From Eledone cirrhosa (taxonomy: Eukaryota), in the NCBI GenBank assembly GCA_964016885.1, contig OZ024742.1:25730001-25794000 (forward strand): a DNA stretch of 64,000 bases, in the 5' to 3' direction. Below the pieces are notes generated by a model, which had not been told where the DNA came from, searched no databases, and was given only the letters and a program-made list of their open reading frames with translations. Positions 12,388 to 26,340 of the stretch are shown one piece after another; within the stretch, counting starts at the first letter, position 1; the number at the start of each line of letters is the position of its first letter. Made by a program: the position numbers and the translations under genes.

Positions 12388-14255
12388 TATTACTACATCT
12401 TGGATAATCCTATACCTAATAATCGCCTCCTACACAGTTGAGCAACCACACCGACACACGGCATTAATATGGAAAGGCATCATATAGGTATGTCACTTAA
12501 AAACATACCTATACCTAACAAAAGGGAATATATTCTCAGTATGATTCAACGCAGTAATGACTTCATTCGGCGTGTACGATGGAAAGCTTTCCACTTCGAT
12601 AAAGGATGCGCCAATCACTCGTCTGAATCATATGGTTTTAAATCATGTAAAAACCCACCCACAAACCCTCACCTCGAAGCTTTCGAACAGGATTTATTGA
12701 AAAGTACCATGAACATTAAGTTCAACAAACATAGAAATAATGAGCTGCAGAACAACATGAAAGCACTACTCCGAAGATTGCAAAATACCAATGGAATTGT
12801 TGTGAAAGCAGACAAGACTTCTAACGTGTATACCATGGATATTGATACGTACAATAACTTCATACGCAACGAACTACACAAAAAATATAGAAAAATAAAT
12901 GAAACTAAGCTAGCAAATATTAACAACGAGGCATATAAAGTGGTGAAGAATCTCAAGATAGACGATAGAACCGAGCCGATTATACCCGCTACCCCCACCT
13001 TCAACCTGAAGGACCATAAGGTAAATTTTGACTCTAACCCTAAGATCAGACTTATATGCCCTTCTAAATCAGACATAGGGAAAATTAGTAAACATATACT
13101 TGACCGAGTAATAACTCAAGTGAAAAAGAAAATTGAAATTAAATTATGGGGCAACACTAGCGAAGCAATTCGCTGGTTTAATAATGTTAAGAATAAGAAT
13201 AAATCTAAGTTTATACAATTTGACATAGACGAATACTACTCTTCCATCTCACCAAGCACTTTACGTAAGGCCCTATCGTTTGCCAAGGCCAATTCCGACC
13301 TAACGGAGGACGAAATTAATATTATTCTCGAGGCTAGAAAAACCATTATTAAGTTCGATAACTGCTACTGGGAACGTAAGGACAGACCCACAAATTTCGA
13401 TATTACCATGGGTTCCAACAACTCGGCGGAGGTCACGGATCTCGTGGGAATTTACATAGCCCACATATTACATAGTAGATTTAGTAATCTACAGGGGGGG
13501 GGGGGGGGATATACAGAGATGACGGTCTCTTATTAGTTAATAACTTGAATAACCAAAATCTTGAAAGGCTACGGAAAAATATTAGAAAATCTTTTAGTGA
13601 ACTGGGTCTAAAAATAACATACGAATACAATCTTAATGTAGTAAACTTTCTGGACGTAACTCTTAATTTAAATACTGGACAGATACGACCCTTCCACAAG
13701 GTAAATGAGAACCTTACGTATATTAACTTTAACTCTAACCACCCACTCTCCATGATCAAATCAGTTCCCCGGAGTATTTCTCTTAGAATCTCTCGCCTAT
13801 CGTCCAACTCTGATATTTTTAGTGAACATGCTGAATACTACAATAAAGAATCTCTCGCCTATCGTCCAACTCTGATATTTTTAGTGAACATGCTGAATAC
13901 TACAATAATGCATTAAGGAATGCTGACCACCGGGATACAATAGAATACATCGATAGGAATTTCCACAACACACATAGCTCTACACGTAATCAAGGTATAC
14001 GTAACCGGGTGACTAAAACACAAGCACACACACACGGTACTACCAGACATACTAATAATAGAAGATCACCACCAAATAAATCACGTTGTAGAAAGTATAT
14101 CTGGTACAATCCTATTTTTAATGCTTCAATTAGTACAAAACTATCTCTTTCATTCTTTAAATTAATCAATAAACACTTCCATAGTTCCCATAAGTACAGC
14201 AAAATTCTGAACTCTAAAACTATTAGACTATCATACTCCACGGCACCACAAATGT
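12388..14255 (+). mobile_element. Penelope-like element RT region, Hydra-group-like; two frameshifts, truncated before the endonuclease
   Basis: MSLKNIPIP...FIRRVRWKA, FIQFDIDEYY, ITMGS.NSAEVTDLVG, IYRDDG just after the G15 run, VNFLDVTLNL, IWYNP...KHF...YSKILN. Clade assignment is from recalled motifs. Confidence 0.92.
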
Positions 14256-14289
14256 CTTCTTACATGGACAGAGTTTGCCCGAATTGTTT

Positions 14290-14620
14290 ACGTAGTTCTC
14301 TTGACAATCTTTTGTTACCGGTTCAATCCTACTGCGGGTGCACTTGAGCAAGTGCCATTCATCATATCACCGGATTGAATTATGTCTTGTCAATAAACCT
14401 CGATAGACGGAAAGTATGTTACTTAGAAGCCTGTTGGATGAACTCTACCTTTAATTCAAATGTCCAGGTTTGTCCGTCACGCCGAATCACACTGGGAATT
14501 ACGTTAAGGGTACACGTGCCTTTGGGATGCTCAGGCACTTACACACTAATTTAGTTAGGCATGCTGTTCTGTTGATAGAACAACTGGAGCGCATATCGTT
14601 GAAACAGACGGAGGTCCGTT
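14290..14620 (+). mobile_element. Decayed SINE, related to the 19717-20022 element
   Basis: B-box-like ggttcaatcc then cacttgagcaagtg; 14490-14615 aligns in reverse with 19720-19850 (ttacgttaagggtacacgtgcc ... caactgga). Confidence 0.6.
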
Positions 14621-15669
14621 TCATTCCATGTCTTCTTATACCGTAAACCAATAAATCTCCACGTAAATAAAAGTCATATTGCTCTATTTAGTAAAGTGCT
14701 AGAAGTAAAATGAGAGAGAGAGGGGGGGGGGGGAGAGAGTAAGAGTGATTTAAAAGAACAGAGTGAGAAAAAATGGAAGACCGAGTGACGGAAAAATGTT
14801 TGAGAGAATGTAAGGAAAGAAAAAAGGTTATAGAGGTAAGTTGAATGTTTTTAAAGAGTTTAATTATTGAAAACAGCAGCTGGGAGCTAATTTAGAGAAA
14901 TATAAACAAGACTCAGCTGAATAACGAGATGTATACAGATTGGAATGTACACATACATACACACACATATATGTATGTGTGAGTATGTATGTATATGTAT
15001 ACACACACACACACACACATAAATATGTATATATATATTTATATTCAGAAAATGAAGGGAAATATAACCACACAATATCAAACATAAACAAAACAACAAA
15101 TCGCTAAAAGCACTAAAACAACTAAAACGACAAATACAACACAATAAACAAAAGACTAGTGAACATTATTCAACTATATTAAATGGAAAGCAGTAAATTA
15201 TATTCTTAACTTCGTTTTAATTGTCATTTATTAAAAGATAACACCAGTATCTACAGACAAAAGAATAACGAAGGGAGACGATAAGTTGGTATCAAAAACA
15301 ACTAAAATCTATTATAATTATGTAAAATTAAATAAAAAGAAATATTATAATTACTATGTTCTGGTCTTGTCCGACGTGATTTCGCTTGTGATTTATTAAT
15401 AAGATTACATTATATTTTCTTTGGCTTCTAATTCTAATAATTTCTTGTCGTGTTTTCAGTCTTTTCGGTGTTTTTTTGTAATGCCGGGAAAAGGTGGGGG
15501 CTGAAATATGTTTGCAAATTTGTATATTGCCTAACAGTTATCTGGACATATTCTTGTGTGTCACTAAAATAATGCCCTCATTGTATTATTCGTCTTCTGT
15601 TTTCTGAGGGGTGAGGTGGGGGTAATTTATTACTAATTTTAGTATTCAGAGATCACAGCTCCACTACTA

Positions 15670-15905
15670 TTAATTAGCATGTGGTTAGGAATGTCCCAGG
15701 AAAGAATCACTGGACAGATTTTATGGGCAAAGCTAACCGGTAGGATACCCAGAGGTAGACACAGAGCATTATGGTTGGGTAACATTCATGAGCTTGGTTG
15801 GTCTCGCTTGAGGATCCAGCTATGTTAGCTGAATAGGGTTGATTCTGGAAGGAGTGTTTACGGACTCTGTCTCTACGACCAGCTCAGGAATAAATGGGCG
15901 AAGAT
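15670..15905 (+). mobile_element. RTE-clade LINE 3' end (second fragment at about 16230-16350)
   Basis: Reads LWAKLTGRIPRGRHRALWLGNIHELGWSRL, an RTE-type G.RPRGR..W motif; aacatccatgagcttggctggtc recurs near 16240. Confidence 0.65.
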
Positions 15906-15982
15906 ATTAGAAAGTGCTAGACTTTGACACATAAACCGGGCTCTTCCCTTGGAATTAAGATGTCAATAAAATAATTATGTAC

Positions 15983-16095
<113 letters not shown>

Positions 16096-18547
16096 GTGTA
16101 TGTGTCTCTCTCTCTATCTAGTTAAGTTACGTGAGTTTTCAATCTTGGTGTTGTGAGTTCGATTCCCGAACCTGGTAATGAGTTGTGTCCTTGAGCAAGG
16201 TACTTTATTTTTCATGTTGCTCCAATTTAACATGGATAACATCCATGAGCTTGGCTGGTCGCACTTGGGAATACAGCCAGATCAGTTGGAGACAGTTGCT
16301 TCTGACAGGAGCCACTGGAAGGAGTGTTTGTTTGAAGACTCTGCCCCCACAACCCTCGCGTCTTCCCGAAGATTGGACCCTCACGAACGACCACATTCAA
16401 TATTTCTTCACTAGACTTACTGTTTTTCGAACGTTATCCTTGCATTTCTTTACCTGCTGTCAACATCGTCATGCGGGATTAAAGAGGAACATAATATACT
16501 TTGAACTCTCACTTATATCGGTGTCCCTGTCATGACCATATCCACTGTATTTTCCTCCATACTAAACTACTAAAACCTAATTAAGAATGGGCTTGATTCA
16601 CTCATAGGTGATTACTTCTATTTCTGACAGCTAGTCTTATGCTCCAGACCCTATTAATTTCATCAATATTTTTTTACTCTTATTATGACTACAAACATAG
16701 GAAATATCCGCCAGTTCACAATTCACATGTCACTATTCTTTTATTTGGCCTATTTAATCAAACGATACTAGAGCAGTCATCTGATGTTTTCTGTGATTAG
16801 TTGTACCCCCGAATGACACCTATCGGCAGTTTCTAGATTGTTACAAGACAAAGAAATCACGTGAATTTATTGCTTCTCCATATCTGTCACAAAAAATACA
16901 AAACAACGCAAATTAATGATTTCCAAACCGTCGCAGGATTGAAATTTTCCATCATTACGGCTGTACGCCATATTGTTGTTTTTAACAAATCAGAAAAAAC
17001 ATGGCTATTGTTTAAACTAACGAACAATATTTTTTTCTCTCTGTAAAACATCAATATCGCTTTGATTTATCCATTTTACTGAAAAGCAGGCTATACCATT
17101 CCAATGCTCATCAAATTGGGAACTTTGTTTGACATTTCAAAAATGTTTCCATTTGTGTTCAAAAAAATATTTTTAAAATAGTTTATTCCATATATGGTTT
17201 TAGAATATATATTTTTATCTTCTTTGTTCAAATAACTTTTTATGCTCTCCATCAGATATTTCAAATTAGTCTGTTAGAAATTTCTCTTGGAAATATTTTG
17301 ATTCATTCTTTGTTTTCTCATTATTATATTTTCTTAATATTTAAGTTTTTCTTATTTTCAAAAAAATCCCTTTTTTATATGTGTACGTGTGTCAGTGCGT
17401 GTTAGCGTCTGTGTCTGTGTGGAAGAGGATGGTTTCTTTTTTGTCTTTTGTTCCTATTACCGATTATATCCTTTCATGCTTCCCGTTCCTGCAACAGATA
17501 TAAAGAGGAATGTTAATTGGGCCCAGGCTTCAAGGGTTTTAATGAATGAGCACTTGTCAAAGAGTGACAATCTGTTTATCAAAAAATATTCAGTTGAACT
17601 TGGTCTCTCTTTCTCTCACTCTCTCCTTTCTTTCACTATTTCATTGGTGCTGATTGAGGAAATTCTGTTTCACTTCATTCTTTGTCTTTACAAAATTGAA
17701 AGGGAGTGGGCGAGAAAAAGGGAATTAGAGAAGATCAATATTTGATTCATCAATAATATTGAAACATCCCAAATTTCATGCTATTTGTTTCTTGTCCGAC
17801 ATATTTCACGGCTGACCTTGAGCGCAATGAAAGTGACACCCAGGTCTCTTTAGACTGTAATCCTGTTATACATTGTAATACAGTATTTGATGTATAGGCT
17901 CGCGTCTAACAATGTTATCATCTGTATGGTCGTAATAAAAATTAACAACAAACTCTCAATATTTTAATATTCTGTTTTAGTTTCGGTTCTAGGTTATGTT
18001 AGTATTCTAGACTTCTGTATTTACTATTTACAACATGATTGTAGTTTTATCAATACATAATAAATATAATCATACATACATAAGACATACAGAGAGACAT
18101 ACATACATACAAACTTACATACATACATACTTATATACTTTTCATGTAAAAACTGCATGTACACATGTACAGATACAAAACATATGCCCATGCACATATA
18201 TAACTCAAAACATCCACATCGACACATACAATAACATCCATAGCTGCACACACACGCACGCATGCATGTAGACGTGCATACAAATCTGTCTAGTTGATGA
18301 TGTCTAATGTCTAATGAGAGAGCATGTCTATATTAGAAACCGACTCTCTCTCTCGTTTGGTAAAGATTTATACTGTATAAAACCAGAAGAACATACATAC
18401 ATGCATAAATACATACATGCATACACACATACATATATACATACATTCATAAATACACACACACATACGTACATACATACATACATACATACATACATAC
18501 ATACATACATACATACATACATACATACATACATACACACGCACATA

Positions 18548-19716
18548 CAGGGGTTGGACAAAATAATGGAAACACCTTAACATTTCAAACAAACTTATTT
18601 TAATGTGGGGTAGGACCGCCTTTGGCAGTAATTACAGCTTGAATTCTACGAGGTATGGACTCGTATAAAGTTTGAATTGTTTCCAAAGGAATTTTTGTCC
18701 ATTCTTCAGCTAAAACAGTCTCCAGTTCTTGTAGAGATGATGGTGGAGGATATCGACTCCTTACTTGTTTTTCTAAAATGCACCACAAATTTTAAATAAT
18801 ATTGAGATCTGGGAACTGTGGTGGCCGGATAAGATGTTCAACTTCACTAGAATGTTCCTCGTGCCATTCAGTAACAACTTTAGCTGTGTGAATTGGTGCA
18901 TTATCATCCTGAAAGATTGCGTTTCACTCCGGAAACAGTTTCGCAACAATAGGATGAATTTGATAAGATAAAATGCTTAAATAGTCTTGACTATTAATTC
19001 TGCCATGAAGGGAAACCATTGGGCCGGCGGATTTCCAAGATATAGCCCCCCAGATCATCACAGATCCTCTTCCATGTTTAACAGTTCGAAGAACTGGGTC
19101 AAATGCTTCTTTTGGCTGTCGCCACACGTATACTCGGCCTGTGGTCGGAAATAAGGTAAAGGATGACTCGTCCGAGAAAATAACATTCTTCCACTGCTCT
19201 AGGAACCAATTCTGTAGATTTTTTACTCCACTCTAAACGCTTTGCAACGTTTGTTTTCGAAAGTAGTGGTTTTCTGATTGCAGCCCTCAGGTGAAATCCG
19301 GCTTTGTGCAGCTCCCGGCGAACAGTTTTTGTAGAAACTGGGTTCTCGAGGTGGTCATTAAGCTCTGCAGTAATTTTGGGAGCTGTACTTTTGTGATCCT
19401 TTCGTAAGAGTCCGACGGTCCCTATCTGAATGTTTTGGTTTTTTCCCCGGAGTTTTGTTTCGGCGAGGACGTTTTTCCCTCTTTCTCAAAGGCTGTCATT
19501 ACTTTCGACACAGTACTTCTTAATACACCAAACATTTCGGCTGTTTTCGTTACGCTAGCGCCTGCCATACGAGCACCAACGATTTGACTTCTTTGAAAGT
19601 CCGATAGATCTGTCATTTTAATGTATTTTAATTAACAAGCTTTTGACGGTTTTATAGATATTTCAAAATTATAATGCTATGATGCTAGCTGTTTCCATTA
19701 TTTTGTCCAATCCCTG
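18548..19716 (-). mobile_element. Tc1-family DNA transposon, ~1.17 kb, inactive
   Basis: TIRs CAGGGGTTGGACAAAATAATGGAAAC / GTTTCCATTATTTTGTCCAATCCCTG, with TA on the left. Transposase pieces: MTDLSDFQRSQIVGAR (HTH), FSDES, TVKHGRGSVMIWG, FQDDNAPIH, PDLNII*NLW (catalytic E is now TAA). Confidence 0.95.
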
Positions 19717-20022
19717 CCAACTGGCACTCCATCGGTAACGACGACGAGTATTCCAGTTGATTCGATCAATGGAACATCCTGCTCATGAAATTAACGTGCA
19801 AGTTGTTGTGCATTCCATAGGCACGCATACCCTTAACGAAGTTCTCGGGGAGATTCAGAATGTGCCAAGGCTGGCCCTTCGAATTACAGGTAGAACTCAT
19901 TTTCGCTCGCTGCGTGAACTGGAGCAACGTGAAATAAAGTGACAAAACGTGCTGCCGGGTCTCGAATTATCGACCTTACGATTGTGAGTCGAATACCTTA
20001 CCACAAATCAACTCGCCTTCAC
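19717..20022 (-). mobile_element. SINE abutting the Tc1 right TIR, with a (CATA)n tract on its other side
   Basis: Minus-strand head with A/B-box-like gtggtaaggtattcgactc...ttcgagaccc; body homologous to 14490-14615. Confidence 0.7.
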
Positions 20023-20118
20023 ACATACATACATACATACATACATACATACATACATACATACATACATACATACATACATACACACTATTTGTGCTAA
20101 CGTGTTTCCCTGCGTGTT

Positions 20119-20204
<86 letters not shown>

Positions 20205-21660
20205 CGTGTATATGTGTGTTTGTTAACTCCGATTGCCAGATAGTTTATGTTTATATATATGTCTCCATATTTACAAATAATCTGTTATTTTCAGATTCCA
20301 TGACTATAATGTATATATAAAAGTGGCGAGGGAAGCAATAAAAAGAAGATGGCGATGCAGAGGATATTAATGACATTAAATGTGTATTGTGTATTATGAT
20401 AAAGTCTGTTTCTGACCTTCAGTTGGTTGACATCCATCAAAAAGCCTGACTTCCTATACTCACAGATTATAAACCATGTTCAATGGAGTAATTAGAAATT
20501 TGACCATAATTAAAATGGTGAACTTATATCATTCCGACAGATGAAAAATACTGGAAATAAACTGATTGAAAATATGGACTACTGCCATAGATTCTAAGCA
20601 GAAATATATTATTTTATTATATGATATATAATTATAATCTACTGAATATTTTAAGATATGCTGTACAGTTAAACCATCATGGATTTCTATTGAAGCTTAT
20701 GATCACAATTGCTGGAATAAAACATTTACTGCATTGATGGGAACATGATAATTTGGACGTTTTCAATTCATCAATTGCTTCCAAATCTTTTCGAAATGAC
20801 CAGTTGTGTAGAATTCCTTGATTGTCAATGTTTTGTTGTCTAGCTTATATGTCAAACACACCGTAGCTACCACGGAGTGTATTTCTGCACTTAACGTAAC
20901 TGCATTACCGAAAACCAGTAAGAGATTATATAGATATAGATTCAAGAAACGGGAACATTGTCTGACCATTATTGATTTAATGGAGAAATACTGTCTTGAA
21001 GTGACAGGTCATAAACAGACGACAAGAGATGAAGCCTTATAAAATCCTAAACAATAGCATCACAGGTGAATATATGATTTCTGCTGCTCATGAGGAATTC
21101 GACATCAGATAATGTCAGGCGAGACAATAGGTTGAGGTTAATTGAAATCATGAAGAAACACACTAGTCATATGAATGTAAACCAAGTGTTGAGAAAGAGT
21201 GTAGAATTCTGTAAATATTGACATATTTATATAGATGAGCATAAAGGTAGAGATAAAACGGTGGCATAAACTATGTGCACATATTTTGATAGACTATCCA
21301 TGCGTTAACTGCGTTTTGTTACAGTACTATATTCTGTATAACAATATATAACTCTAGATTTTAGACAACACTATATTAGATAGATCGATACATACACTGT
21401 CTCCTTAAATTCAATATCTTCATAGACAAATAAAGACAAAGTAAGTGCATAGGCTTCAACTCAGTATTAGAGTATTATTGAAAACTGAGTACCATCTCTG
21501 GCAACAAAGGCACTACTGTATACTCACTATTACTAAGGAATTAAGGGACAGGGATGGACTAATTGGCAACTAACGGACGTCTGTAGCTCCTTTGCTTAAT
21601 ATAATATTGGCAAGGTATCAAGATTTTGTTATAATAATACTCTCTCCTCTCTCTCCTCCT

Positions 21661-21756
<96 letters not shown>

Positions 21757-21806
21757 ATTTGTACTCAATGGAGCTGTTCCAGCTCCATAAGCATAAAGCA
21801 ATGTAC

Positions 21807-21888
<82 letters not shown>

Positions 21889-21899
21889 CATTGATTTAT

Positions 21900-22380
21900 G
21901 GTATTCGTTCCGGCTCTATTCTCTTTAAGTTCAAATCTTACTGAGGTCAAATTTGCCTTTCATCCTTTCGGGGTCGATAAAAGTGTACCAGTCTAATAAT
22001 TGGTTCTACTTTTGGTACGCGGCCAGCAATTAACCAGTACATTACTGGTACTTTATTTTATCGACTCCGTAAGGATGAAAGGCAAAGTTAACCTCTGCGG
22101 GATTTGAACTCAGTCCGTAAAGAGACGTAACTCTATGTTGGAAAGCATGGCGTCCGCCCCTCTACCGATACTGCCAATCCACCTAATAATTGTGTCTACT
22201 TTTGGCACAAGGCCAGCAATTATTCTAGTGTATTACAGGTACTTTATTTTATCGACCCCGTACAGATGAAAGGCAAAGTTAACCTCGGCGGGATTTGAAC
22301 TCAGACTATAAAAGGCTGTAACTCTTTGCTGCAAAGCATGTCGTCCGACCCTCTACCGATACTGCCAATCCACCACCTCA
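21900..22380. mobile_element. Cluster of three tRNA-type SINE copies (one +, two - in tandem)
   Basis: Core GTTCAAATC...TTTGCCTTTCATCCTT..GGGGTCGATAAAA.AAAGTACC at 21930-21990 (+), 22045-22110 (-) and 22240-22300 (-). Confidence 0.85.
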
Positions 22381-23489
22381 TAATGGGGTCAATTCATCAT
22401 CTATATCCCTTTCTCACTTCCCCTGTCTCACTTTCTGTCCTTCTCTTTTGTGTTCAGACATTGTGTGTGATGGGCCCCACCACGCTCAACATACCCAAGA
22501 AACAATGTAAACCACCAAGGTCCCACTACTGGAAAGAAAAAAAGAAAATAATATATCTATCTTTTAATCTTTTTTTTTCTCTGCTGTCTATCTCCATCTT
22601 TTTCTACCCCTGTCTCTATATCTATATCTCTTCATATAAGTATATATGTATTGCAACTTGGACAAGTGACTTCTACTAAGGCTTTGGGTTGTCTCATACC
22701 TTGGAAGGGGAAATTATACACGGGAAATGCAGAGGTCCATTGTATATGTGTGTGTGTTAATATTTGTGTGTGCCTGTGTTTATGTCACGTATCTCAGAGG
22801 GACGACAATAAGTGAACAGTAAAATATGATAGACATTTGAACAAATAAATATTGGTGCAGAAATGATAGACTAAATCAAGTCGGTGCCCCAGTAGATTCG
22901 CAATCTACTGACTGAAGTAAAACTAATGTATGTCTTCATTGTACAGTGTTGTTTGGTTTTGTTATTTCCCTTTGCTTTTTGCACACACGCGCGCACAAAC
23001 ACACATACACACACAAATGTGTGCGTATGTGTGTGTGTATTTCTACTTTAGGTCGGGCCTTTTATGTGTAATAAACTATTTATTTCTGACGATGGTAATT
23101 GAAAAGAAGTGTAACTGTCTTTGGTTTCAAACAAAATTGTTTCATCTATGGATAGAACATTTATTTCTATAGCTTTTAATGTGTCTTAATCATTATATAA
23201 CAACAGTCAAAGAGTTCAATTCGTGTAGTTTGCTACATTTTCACATATCAGCAAATGCTTCTGTTTTGACACCGTTAAACCTCGTCTATCTTAATTCTTT
23301 CTCAAATTTATTTATTTATTTATTTAGTGTGTTTTCTTTTCAGTATTTTAACGACACGTTATAATTTACAGTGATTCTTTGAACATACATGTATACATTT
23401 ACACTTATATGCATACATATCTGCACACAAAGACACACACATATATATATACATTGAGAAAGAGAGAGAGAGAGAGAGAGGTGGGAATG

Positions 23490-23625
23490 CGGGTGGTCGA
23501 TTTTGTAATGGCGTTGGCTCGTTGGCTATCAATATATTTTAATCTCATCGTTTATAATTCAAATCCCACCAAGGTCTATATTGACTCTCATCCTTTCGAG
23601 ATCGATAAAACACACTAACCCAGTG
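23490..23625 (+). mobile_element. Decayed copy of the same SINE family
   Basis: ttcaaatcccaccaaggtc...tcatcctttcgagatcgataaaa. Confidence 0.7.
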
Positions 23626-23829
23626 CTGGTGATGTTTTCCCCACATTTAGCTATCACATTCCGTATGTTCCGTTGGATCAAAGAATGGTGGGTCCAGAGA
23701 GCACTTGTGTTTAATCGCAACTGCACGGGCAGCTAAGATATTTGACCAAATTCATGATACATACTACCAATACATACTCAATTGCAAGTACCGGATGCAG
23801 TAATATATATATATATATATGTATATATA

Positions 23830-23954
23830 TACATATGAATAAAATTAGTCCTTCATCAGTGATCTTCCAACTTTCATTGGTATTTCATCGCTTTAAGCTT
23901 TTACCAATGAAAGTTGGAAGATCACTGATGAAGGACTAATTTTATTCATATGTA
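23830..23954. repeat. Perfect inverted repeat, ~53-bp arms with ~19-bp spacer
   Basis: tacatatgaataaaattagtccttcatcagtgatcttccaactttcattggta and its exact reverse complement. Confidence 0.95.
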
Positions 23955-24040
23955 ACCCATGTGCAACCACGCAGCACTCGATTTTTCTTATATATATATA
24001 TGACAAGTAAGTATGTTTTGAAACAGTGAGCAGGTTTGAA

Positions 24041-24245
24041 ATTAGGAAATAGAATAGCTTTCACCGTATTTTGACTAAAGAAATTTTAGTCTGATAATGG
24101 GGTTTAGAACCCTCAGATAAAATAGAAAAAGAAGAGTATTGACGTATATGTACGTCAATACTCATCTTTTTCCATTTTATCTGAGGGTTCTAAACCCCAT
24201 TATCAGACTAAAATTTCTTTAGTCAAAATACGGTGAAAGCTATTC

Positions 24246-24256
<11 letters not shown>
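24041..24256. repeat. Near-perfect palindrome, ~106-bp arms, essentially no spacer
   Basis: Centre ...gtattgacgta-tatg-tacgtcaatac...; a few mismatches between arms. Confidence 0.95.
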
Positions 24257-24309
<53 letters not shown>

Positions 24310-25544
24310 AAAATAACAGATTAAAGTTTAAGCAAAGAATCGCTGCTACGAAAAATGTTAGTCTTCAAATTTATTATTATTACTATATATGTATATATAT
24401 AAACTCACACACACATACATACATATACAAACACGTATATAAGCACTCACAAACACGAATATACATACACATATTTATATGTATATATATATAATAAATA
24501 TTTATATACATGTATTTCTCTCTTTCTCTTTCTATATACACATGCTCTCCCTCTCTCCCACTCTCTCTCTCTCTCTCACACATATATATATCTATATATT
24601 CATACAACCACACGACCATGTACTCCAAATATCTGCTTGTTTGTCCGTGCCACTTTTCATTTACCATCTTGTTATCAACTCTGCACAACAACGTGGAAAC
24701 ATGGCAAATGGATGTGTAAAAAAATGAAAATGTCATCCTGCTAGAGAAATCATAAAAACAGTAACAACAATAACAACAAACACACACAAATCAGAAAAGA
24801 ACTCGAAGAAATATTGAAATATATATAAAAAAAATAAAAGAAGGCAAATTGATATTTATTACACAAATAAGCATAACAGATTAAAATAATAAAGAAACAT
24901 TATAGGGTTGAAACAGAAACATATCTTAGAAAATTGATTGATATTTTGCACTGAAATATTTGAAATCTGTGAGAATTAAACGAGAGAAAAAGAAAGGAAA
25001 AGAGAAAAAAAATCGACATCTTAAAATGTAGTCTAGATTTCATCAACTCTGTCATTCAAGTGACATTAATTTTGTCATAATGTTTTTATTGAGTTGCTAG
25101 GCAACAAAGATGTACAATAAATGAATAATACTTGTAAAATATGAAACTAAATGAGATTTATATAGATGAGAAATAAATAAAAAAAAAATGATTTAATCAT
25201 ATTTAATAAAATAGAACAATTAGGAAGACGTATAGAACAAGTTGGACATTCAACAATGCATATTTCACGGAAATACAACGAAGAAAATGTCAAGAAATAT
25301 TTAATGATCTTTTCCGCTGGATTTATCAATGTTTCCTTGAGGTAAAACAACAACTTGCGTCAGAAAGACCGAACCATTTTCAATGTATTAGACGGAAAGT
25401 ATTTTATATAAAATAAAGTTATGCTAATTAATTGTGTGAAAAACTAGATGCCTTAAGAAATATTTGCAAAGTTTGAAAGTTGGCATGTAAATGTGTCCAA
25501 CGTTGTCCCAACGTAAATGACAATAATAATAATGGTTCCTGATT

Positions 25545-26340
25545 TAGCTACATCCCTAACGACTTTTGGGGAGGGGAAAGTCGATTAAATTGACCTGAGT
25601 TACTGGAACATTATTGTATCGACCCCGTAATGATGAAATGCAGCAAATATAACATCAGTAGGATTTGAAATCAGAATGTAAATGGTTATAACTCTATGCA
25701 ACTAAGCATATATTACCTAGCCATTGACGATCTACATATATTATTGCCCCGATTACAACTATAATAAAAGTACATCACTGTAAATAGTAGTTGAGGAATT
25801 CTGGTGAAATATTACGGGGAACAGAAAGAAACTAGAAGCGCCTTTGTCTTCTTTTACCAAATCCGTGAATATTTTACACAATTTTCTAAAATACTTTTTA
25901 TAATGATTGACTGTTATTTTAATATAGTCATTAGAGTGGTCCATTGGTAGTATCGGTAGAGCGTCGGACAATATGTTGTGTGGGATAGAGTTACGACCAT
26001 TTCGATTTTCAGTTCAAAGCCCGCCGAGATTTGCTTTGCCTTTTATTAATAGAGAGTTTATAATATAAAGTACCAGTAACAGTCGATGGAATGGACTTTC
26101 CCTTCCCCTCACTCCCCAAAACATTGTTGGCTTTGAGCCTCAATGAGAAACTATTATTAAGCGGAGGATTAACAATATCGGTAGAAGGTCGGACACCACG
26201 ATTTGACGCATATAGTTACGGCCCTTGCCATTCTGAGTTCAAATCCTGCCTTTCATCCTTACGTGGTCGATAAAATAAAGTACCAGTAATGTACTGAGTG
26301 ATTGCTGGCCTTGTGCCATATAAAATCATTGACGTAGAAA
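25545..26340. mobile_element. Three more copies of the SINE family (- at about 25550-25720; + at about 25935-26090 and 26160-26320)
   Basis: Same cores: gttcaaagcccgccgaga...gcc; gttcaaatcctgcctttcatcc...gtcgataaaataaagtaccag. Confidence 0.75.

Noticed and set aside
12469-14255. Selenocysteine-type (UGA read-through) PLE
   Set aside because: Disruptions here are frameshifts, not in-frame TGA at Cys positions, and the endonuclease is C-terminal in the sister element at 50924-52240.
17795-17856. HHR-like motif on minus strand (CTAAAGA...GAAATATGTC)
   Set aside because: G5 is missing and several extra nucleotides precede GAAA; too degenerate to call.
24088-24125. CTGATAA plus hairpin inside the palindrome
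   Set aside because: C3 with A8 is unpaired and GATA replaces GAAA.
21900-26340. tRNA genes suggested by GTTCAAATC B-boxes
   Set aside because: No cloverleaf; the boxes are followed by the SINE core in every copy.
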